Shown one piece after another: positions 51,729 to 56,620 of a stretch of DNA of 56,620 nt. The notes below the pieces were generated by a model. That model was not told the DNA's origin and ran no database searches. It was given only the letters and a program-made list of their open reading frames with translations. The position numbers and the translations under genes are program-made. The stretch is taken from positions 1-56,620 of the IMG/VR virus record IMGVR_UViG_3300036835_000176; one strand, 5' to 3'. Each line of letters starts with the position of its first letter. Position 1 is the first letter of the stretch. Source of the stretch: a virus (lineage: Duplodnaviria; Caudoviricetes).

Positions 51729-52168
51729 GCTACCTCACGACACATATCCGCTTTTGCCCAACGCATGACGCGCACCTGCGTTCCTACTTCGCCGATGACT
51801 TCGCGCTGGCGGTTGGGCATGTCTGGCGGCTGTGGATTGAACGCGGCCTACCCTGGTATCGCCTGACGCTGAACTGCGATGACCTCTACGACGAGGGCCA
51901 CGCGCTGAACTGGCTCTACCGCAACTGCTGGACGGTCGCGCAGGGCTGCCCGGTGTGCCATGACCCGAAGCCCGATGAACTACTTGACCGCGCGCACCGG
52001 GCGGTGGATGAGACGCGGTTGGGACTCTACCCACACTGGCGGCTCGGATCACGGCTGGCCATGCGGGTAGCTGACCGTGATGGGCGCGACACGGCTTATC
52101 TCGCGCCATTAGTGGCGACGGAAACGCAAGTACGTCGGCCAGACACTATCGAAGCATCTTGGAACTGA
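51725..52168 (+). CDS. Hypothetical protein
   Basis: SD; CPTH, CPVCH. Confidence 0.6.
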   Translation: MSYLTTHIRFCPTHDAHLRSYFADDFALAVGHVWRLWIERGLPWYRLTLNCDDLYDEGHALNWLYRNCWTVAQGCPVCHDPKPDELLDRAHRAVDETRLGLYPHWRLGSRLAMRVADRDGRDTAYLAPLVATETQVRRPDTIEASWN

Positions 52169-52180
52169 AAGGACAAGACA

Positions 52181-52867
52181 ATGGAAACGAACGAGAACGA
52201 AGGGACACAGCAAGAGATGCCAACGGAACCACAGCCCGCGACCTATCAGGATCGCTGGCAGGACGCGAAGGCCAAATGGACGCAAGCGGCGGCGGCGTGG
52301 CCATTCTCGCGCGCCGCAACGGTTGGTGTGGCGGTAGCGCTACTCATGGTCTGCGTCGTGTGCGCCTGCTGTGGCCAGTTCATGACATCGTTTCATGACC
52401 TCGGCGGCAAGACGAGCGCGCAGAGCCAGCCGACACAGGCGCAATCTGCGAAGGCGACGGCGAAACCAACGCAAGCGCCGAAGGCCGCCGCGACGCCTGA
52501 CCTGTTCACGCCCTACAAGAACATTGTCGTAGCCGACACCACACTGCTCGTGATGGCCATGCAGGATGCGTCAGACTCCTGCGGCGCTGAGGACTTGCCA
52601 GGGTGCCGACGTGACGCGCAGACGGTGAATGAGACCGTTCACGCGTTCCAGTCCGATTTGGACAAGCACCCCGCGCCGCCGTGTCTGAAAGACGCGGATA
52701 AACACCTGCGCGCGGCGCTGAAACTGCTCGATAGCGGCTCACAGAAGGCGGTGGACGGCATAGACGATTTTGACGCCGATGAGATGGGCGACGGCGCACG
52801 CGACCTGAACGCTGGCACGGATGAACTCACCGCCGCGACGGATGCGATGAAGAACGCGAAGTGCTAG
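52181..52867 (+). CDS. Membrane-anchored protein with extracellular helical domain
   Basis: Cys-rich TM helix, P/T/A linker, helical domain with paired Cys. Confidence 0.7.
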   Translation: METNENEGTQQEMPTEPQPATYQDRWQDAKAKWTQAAAAWPFSRAATVGVAVALLMVCVVCACCGQFMTSFHDLGGKTSAQSQPTQAQSAKATAKPTQAPKAAATPDLFTPYKNIVVADTTLLVMAMQDASDSCGAEDLPGCRRDAQTVNETVHAFQSDLDKHPAPPCLKDADKHLRAALKLLDSGSQKAVDGIDDFDADEMGDGARDLNAGTDELTAATDAMKNAKC

Positions 52868-52895
52868 ATTGGGCAGTGGCATCAGGGCTAGAAAC

Positions 52896-52924
52896 TCGCA
52901 ATAATTCAGCGTTTGTGGTATCAT
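52896..52924 (+). promoter_or_regulatory. Promoter TCGCAA-17-TATCAT with TG extension
   Basis: Precedes leader copy 1. Confidence 0.55.
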
Positions 52925-52932
52925 CTAGATAT

Positions 52933-53078
52933 GAGCGGGCGTCCGTCGTACTTGCAATACGACGAGCGCCCTGACCGATTCACTGGTGTTGGCAGTGCAG
53001 CGGCTATACCTTAGTGTACCACGATACCGAGCCAATAGCTGACGTTCGCCAACGCCTCTCAAGGAGGCGTTTTGTGTT
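52933..53078 (+). ncRNA. Structured leader/attenuator, copy 1
   Basis: Hairpin with CTTGCAA loop, CGCCCTGACCGA core, second hairpin, AGTGTAC, then terminator/SD-sequestering hairpin 53051..53071. Confidence 0.6.
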
Positions 53079-53622
53079 GGATGATGTAGAGACCTTTCGC
53101 AAGTGTAAGACATGCGGCGAAGTGAAGCCTATCACTGAATATTCGCGCGGCAAGCCGTTTGCTGGCGGTAGGCGCCCGAACTGCAAAAAGTGTCTAGCGC
53201 GCTATGAGCAGGAAAACAAGGATAGGTGGCGGCGTAATCCCCATAAAGGGAAGCAGCACCGGACACAGATGCAACGTCGGTTTAGCCACGTGCGCAGGTA
53301 TTTCCGCCTATCTCGTGAAGAATATCTGGAAATGATCGAACGACAGGGGAACCGGTGTGCGATCTGCGGTGCGCCACCACCGGAAGGTAAATTTCTAGAC
53401 GTAGACCACGATCACGCCACCGGGCGCATAAGGGCTTTGTTGTGCGGTAGGTGCAACACATGTCTAGGATGGGCAAACGACAATCCGCAGGTTCTAAGGG
53501 CGGCTGCGGATTACCTTGAGGCGCACGCTAGTAATATCAGTCCGGTGCTGGCCCATGAACCGCACAGCACTCTCTGGGGGCTGCGTTGGTGTGGTATGCT
53601 ATCAACGCCTGCCAACGTGTAG
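53074..53622 (+). CDS. Endonuclease VII-family homing endonuclease
   Basis: CKTC..CKKC; Q.NRCAICG..VDHDHATGRIRALLCGRCN..LG...DN..AADYL; SD AAGGAGG before GTG 53074. Confidence 0.9.
   Translation: MLDDVETFRKCKTCGEVKPITEYSRGKPFAGGRRPNCKKCLARYEQENKDRWRRNPHKGKQHRTQMQRRFSHVRRYFRLSREEYLEMIERQGNRCAICGAPPPEGKFLDVDHDHATGRIRALLCGRCNTCLGWANDNPQVLRAAADYLEAHASNISPVLAHEPHSTLWGLRWCGMLSTPANV
53592..53600 (+). promoter_or_regulatory. Extended -10 promoter TGGTATGCT
   Basis: Precedes leader copy 2. Confidence 0.5.
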
Positions 53623-53629
53623 GTTGGTT

Positions 53630-53777
53630 GTGCGGACGGACGGCCTGCTGGTAACAGGACGCCCGCCCTGACCGAGGCACGCCGTAAACATGCCCCGGCT
53701 GCGAGCCAGTGTACTACACACCGGCAAGCAAAGCGTGTATGCGGCGTGTCTCTTTACTGAGGCGCGCCGCTTTTTTG
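53630..53777 (+). ncRNA. Structured leader/attenuator, copy 2
   Basis: Hairpin with CTGGTAA loop, CGCCCTGACCGA core, second hairpin, AGTGTAC, then terminator. Confidence 0.6.
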
Positions 53778-53778
53778 T
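53741..53778 (+). terminator. Intrinsic terminator (attenuator) upstream of secreted-protein gene
   Basis: GCGGCGTGTCTC/GAGGCGCGCCGC stem plus TTTTTT. Confidence 0.8.
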
Positions 53779-53857
53779 TGCGCGTTCGCCTAAGGCGTAG
53801 AAAGGCAGGTATCCGCGCTTCCCTTTGCTGTGCCGTAAACACACGAAAGGAAACATC

Positions 53858-54343
53858 ATGTTTTCGCGTTGGCGCGCCGTCCTGGTAGCGGTCGCGCTCA
53901 CCCTCACCCTTGCGGCCTTGCCCGCTCCCGCCGCGATGGCGGCTCCGAAATCTGTACAGCCGCATGTTGTCGAATGTAGCGCGTATCGCACCGTCGCTGC
54001 GACGGGCTGGATACAGAACGACTATCTGGAAGAGGCGCAGGTTCGCATCGAGCGCCTCTACACACCTGGCGGCGCTGATTGCAATAGCTGGCGCGCTGCT
54101 GTTCAGTACGATAATTACGCGCCGTATAGCCAGACGATGAACACTTATGTATACCTGCACAGGAACGGCTACGGCTCGTTCTATGGCGCGCATTGCGGGC
54201 CAACGACCTTCCCGCCCTACACCGGAACCACCTGCCGTACGACCTGGGTAGACCTGCACGCCATTCAAGCGGGATGTGGCATCTGGCAGGCGGAAAGCAT
54301 TAACGAGGTCGGCCATCTCTACTCGCCATCGGCGTGTGTGTAG
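53858..54343 (+). CDS. Secreted Cys-containing protein (moron)
   Basis: Signal peptide ending AMA-A; six Cys; SD GAAAGG. Confidence 0.7.
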   Translation: MFSRWRAVLVAVALTLTLAALPAPAAMAAPKSVQPHVVECSAYRTVAATGWIQNDYLEEAQVRIERLYTPGGADCNSWRAAVQYDNYAPYSQTMNTYVYLHRNGYGSFYGAHCGPTTFPPYTGTTCRTTWVDLHAIQAGCGIWQAESINEVGHLYSPSACV

Positions 54344-54364
54344 CCCGTCCCCCTAGCGCGACGC

Positions 54365-54400
54365 AAAAGAGCGCCCCTGGATCAACTCCAGGGGCTTGTT
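54365..54400. terminator. Bidirectional terminator
   Basis: GCCCCTGGA/TCCAGGGGC stem between convergent genes; resembles the one at 1612. Confidence 0.7.
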
Positions 54401-54431
54401 ATTGGGCGGTAGAGGGGCGTTTTACCTGCGA

Positions 54432-55421
54432 CTAACCAGCGGCTTCACTCGCGCCTTGATCGTCGCTTTGCTGGCGGCTATACACCTTGTCAGCCCACCC
54501 CTTCGCAGTGAGATTGTTCGCGTAATAGGGCTTGCCAACCAGCGACATAATCTGCTGATTACCTCCGAGTGAACGGACCATATTCCCGGCAGTAATGTCG
54601 TCCAATACCCGGTCATAAGCCCATGCGACATACGCCTGTAAATCCGCTGCTGTCCACTGCTTTGCCGTCTTCTTCCCCGGCACTCTACTCGCGCTAAACT
54701 TGGCGGGTTTCTCCGAAGTAGACGGCGCGTTTACCTCCAAGTGAACAGGCGTTCCGCTTTCGGCCAGTGTCTCGTCTTTCTTGCCAGTAAAGCCAGCCTT
54801 AAGCGCGCGGCCAGCAGCGCCTATTCCGCCAGCATCCACCTCACGCATCGCCGCCTTATGCCGCTTCTCAGATAGCTCTTTGGCGTGTCGTGCCTCGCGC
54901 TCTTGTTCGGTCTCTACCACCTGTGGACGCGCAGACCAACCATAGAACAGAATCAGTGAAGCATGCAGGAAAGCGACAAAGACAACGCTGATAGGAACGA
55001 CGCGGAAGATTGGGATACCGGTCGTATCTGCCAGCCATTCATCCGCTGGTGTTGGGCGCGCTTGCCGTGACCGTTCCGCGACGCCAGCCCAGATGTCAAA
55101 GCTGACTAAGAGCAGGACGCCAAACATGCCAAACGCGCCCTTTATCCACTTGCCAGCGCCGAATGAATCAGCCATTGTCGCGGATAAGCCGAGTGCGATA
55201 CCAGCGGCGGCAAGACCCAATAGGATAGCCACGACGAAGTTGAGCCAGTCATACCATGCCCACGACTGCCAGCCCGCCGGATCACCGACCGAGACCATGA
55301 GAATCATGAGCGTGGTGACGATCCACTGCGCGGCCAGTAAGCCGGACAATGCCGCGTGGCGCTGTATCCAGCTAAACCACGCCGGATGAACGTGCTGCTG
55401 TTGTGGCTGGTTAGCGCTCAT
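54432..55421 (-). CDS. Four-TM membrane protein with cytoplasmic C-terminal domain
   Basis: Four hydrophobic helices; SD GGAGGGGG. Confidence 0.7.
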   Translation of the reverse strand: MSANQPQQQHVHPAWFSWIQRHAALSGLLAAQWIVTTLMILMVSVGDPAGWQSWAWYDWLNFVVAILLGLAAAGIALGLSATMADSFGAGKWIKGAFGMFGVLLLVSFDIWAGVAERSRQARPTPADEWLADTTGIPIFRVVPISVVFVAFLHASLILFYGWSARPQVVETEQEREARHAKELSEKRHKAAMREVDAGGIGAAGRALKAGFTGKKDETLAESGTPVHLEVNAPSTSEKPAKFSASRVPGKKTAKQWTAADLQAYVAWAYDRVLDDITAGNMVRSLGGNQQIMSLVGKPYYANNLTAKGWADKVYSRQQSDDQGASEAAG

Positions 55422-55728
55422 GCAGATACGCCCCCTCCAGCACGTCCTTGTGCTGGCGCTCCCACTCACCCGGCGTCAGGCGGAACTCTTGATCGCCACG
55501 CGCGCAGTACCCTTCCGTGTCCCTGAAGTGGTTCAACTCCAGCACCGGTACCGGGCTGCTGACTGGCCAGTAGATACTGATGACCAGCCCGTTGTAGATG
55601 GCGCAGACGAGCGCGTGATGCGCGTCGGCGCTCAGGCGTGCGCGCCAGCCCTCAGCGGCGCTCAGTAGTTCGTTGCGGAGCGCGAGTTCTTCAGGCGACA
55701 GCTCGCGCATTGGTGGCAGAACGGACAT
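55411..55728 (-). CDS. Hypothetical protein
   Basis: SD GAAAGGA. Confidence 0.6.
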   Translation of the reverse strand: MSVLPPMRELSPEELALRNELLSAAEGWRARLSADAHHALVCAIYNGLVISIYWPVSSPVPVLELNHFRDTEGYCARGDQEFRLTPGEWERQHKDVLEGAYLHER

Positions 55729-55834
55729 GCTGGCGTTTCCTTTCAGGTGATATAGGCGGCTGTTTCAATCTCTGGTTAGTATATCGCCTAATCACCCATA
55801 ATGGCAACGCGCTAGACACGTATGTACCGCTATG

Positions 55835-55872
55835 TGGTATAATTTGCATAGTCATTTGCGCGATGCTAGACT
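55835..55872 (+). promoter_or_regulatory. Tandem promoters TGGTATAAT and TTGCAT-17-TAGACT
   Basis: Consensus matches upstream of HTH genes. Confidence 0.6.
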
Positions 55873-55891
55873 GCCAGAAGGGAGAATGCGT

Positions 55892-56137
55892 ATGCAAGTC
55901 TGGAGTGAGGTAGAGGTGATGCAGACGTTACGGCAAGCGCGCGAAAAAGCAGGGCTGACGCGGGAGCAATTGGCGCAGAAAACGAACGGGCTGGTTACTT
56001 CCGGCACGATCTATCGCATTGAACGAGATAAGTCATCAGCGCTGCCTGCGGTGCGCGTCGCGCTGGCGCAAGCCTTAGGCGTAGCGGTATCCGCAATCGA
56101 ATGGCCTGCGAAGGAGCGCGATAGCGCTAGCGAGTGA
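55892..56137 (+). CDS. XRE/Cro-like HTH regulator
   Basis: LRQAREKAGLTREQLA..TIYRIER..LAQALGV. Confidence 0.88.
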   Translation: MQVWSEVEVMQTLRQAREKAGLTREQLAQKTNGLVTSGTIYRIERDKSSALPAVRVALAQALGVAVSAIEWPAKERDSASE

Positions 56138-56147
56138 GGTACGGGCG

Positions 56148-56366
56148 ATGCAGGCTCTAGCTGTGAGACCGCGCCCGCTTTCCGCTTTGCGCCTTGATAG
56201 CGGGCTGACGCAAGAGGAATTGGCATACCGTTCAGGCGTGCGCCTTAGCACGGTATGGCGTATCGAGCGCGCGAGGGTCGCGCCGTGGCCCAAGACACGG
56301 GCGAAGATTGCAGCGGCGCTAGGAGTGGACATCGCGGCGGTAGAGTGGCCGTCTAGGGAGGGGTGA
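56148..56366 (+). CDS. XRE/Cro-like HTH regulator (paralogue)
   Basis: LRLDSGLTQEELAYRSGV..TVWRIER..IAAALGV. Confidence 0.88.
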   Translation: MQALAVRPRPLSALRLDSGLTQEELAYRSGVRLSTVWRIERARVAPWPKTRAKIAAALGVDIAAVEWPSREG

Positions 56367-56369
56367 GGC

Positions 56370-56620
56370 GTGAGTAATCCAGAGGAGCATATCAGCGGCA
56401 TTTACGCAATCCGCAACGCTACAACAGGGCGCGTCTATATTGGCAAGGCAACCAATATCGCAGTGCGCTGGATGGCTCACAGACGCCAATTGGCAAAAGG
56501 CGATCATATCAATAACGCGCTCCAAGAGGACTGGGACCGTTATGGCAAGGAGGCCTTTGAGTTCAGCATCCTTGAACGCGTTGAAGGAAACCGCGCGCTC
56601 AGTGAGGCAGAGGCGCGTCA
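56370..56620 (+). CDS. GIY-YIG nuclease, N-terminal part (continues at position 14)
   Basis: GTG start; SGIYAIRN..VYIGKA..RW.AH..LQEDW..YG..AFEFSILE. Confidence 0.88.
   Translation, partial: MSNPEEHISGIYAIRNATTGRVYIGKATNIAVRWMAHRRQLAKGDHINNALQEDWDRYGKEAFEFSILERVEGNRALSEAEAR

Larger units (their letters stand above)
1..56620. mobile_element. Complete circularly permuted temperate phage genome (HK97-type head, non-contractile tail)
   Basis: Full packaging, head, tail, lysis, replication and recombinase modules; no host housekeeping genes; terminal 13-nt identity. Confidence 0.93.

Noticed and set aside
52931-53014. 27-codon leaderless ORF (MSGRPSY...) over leader copy 1, and GTG 53014 as endonuclease start
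   Set aside because: Peptide not conserved in copy 2; 53014 has no SD whereas GTG 53074 has AAGGAGG
52935-53720. tRNA genes
   Set aside because: Only an anticodon-like hairpin; no acceptor stem, D-arm, TTC T-loop or CCA

Overview
This window is an apparently complete, circularly permuted ~56.6 kb genome of a GC-rich temperate tailed phage with an HK97-fold capsid and siphovirus-type tail. The last 13 nt equal the first 13 nt, and a GIY-YIG ORF reads through the junction. The late operon on the minus strand (~27950 to 1702) holds a putative fibre/decoration block, terS/terL, a portal-MuF fusion, protease, capsid, connectors, two GT2-like glycosyltransferases, two tail-tube paralogues, a tail chaperone with a probable +1 frameshift, tape measure, tail tip and lysis genes. 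A tyrosine recombinase sits at 28.5 kb. A leftward early/replication operon (41.5 to 29.6 kb) carries a LexA-like HTH, VRR-NUC, large serine recombinase, RHH, J-domain, Gp37/Gp68, HNH, initiator, DnaC-like loader and PD-(D/E)XK nuclease. A rightward early operon (44.6 to 52.9 kb) carries a Rad52-like annealase, a C5 methyltransferase and many small ORFs. There are five homing-endonuclease-like genes. I saw no tRNA, rRNA, CRISPR array, DNA polymerase or spanin. A monoderm host such as Chloroflexota/Ktedonobacteria is only an inference. The most notable signals are non-coding. (i) Two copies of a covarying structured leader (52.9 and 53.6 kb) each have their own promoter and a terminator/antiterminator switch. 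(ii) A ~180-nt RNA at 45.0 kb is closed by a 29-bp G-U-rich stem. (iii) A three-way-junction leader at 10.7 kb has a loop that pairs with the Shine-Dalgarno of a GIY-YIG gene. (iv) Two related hairpins present anti-SD loops. All family calls are by-eye motif recognition, not database searches.
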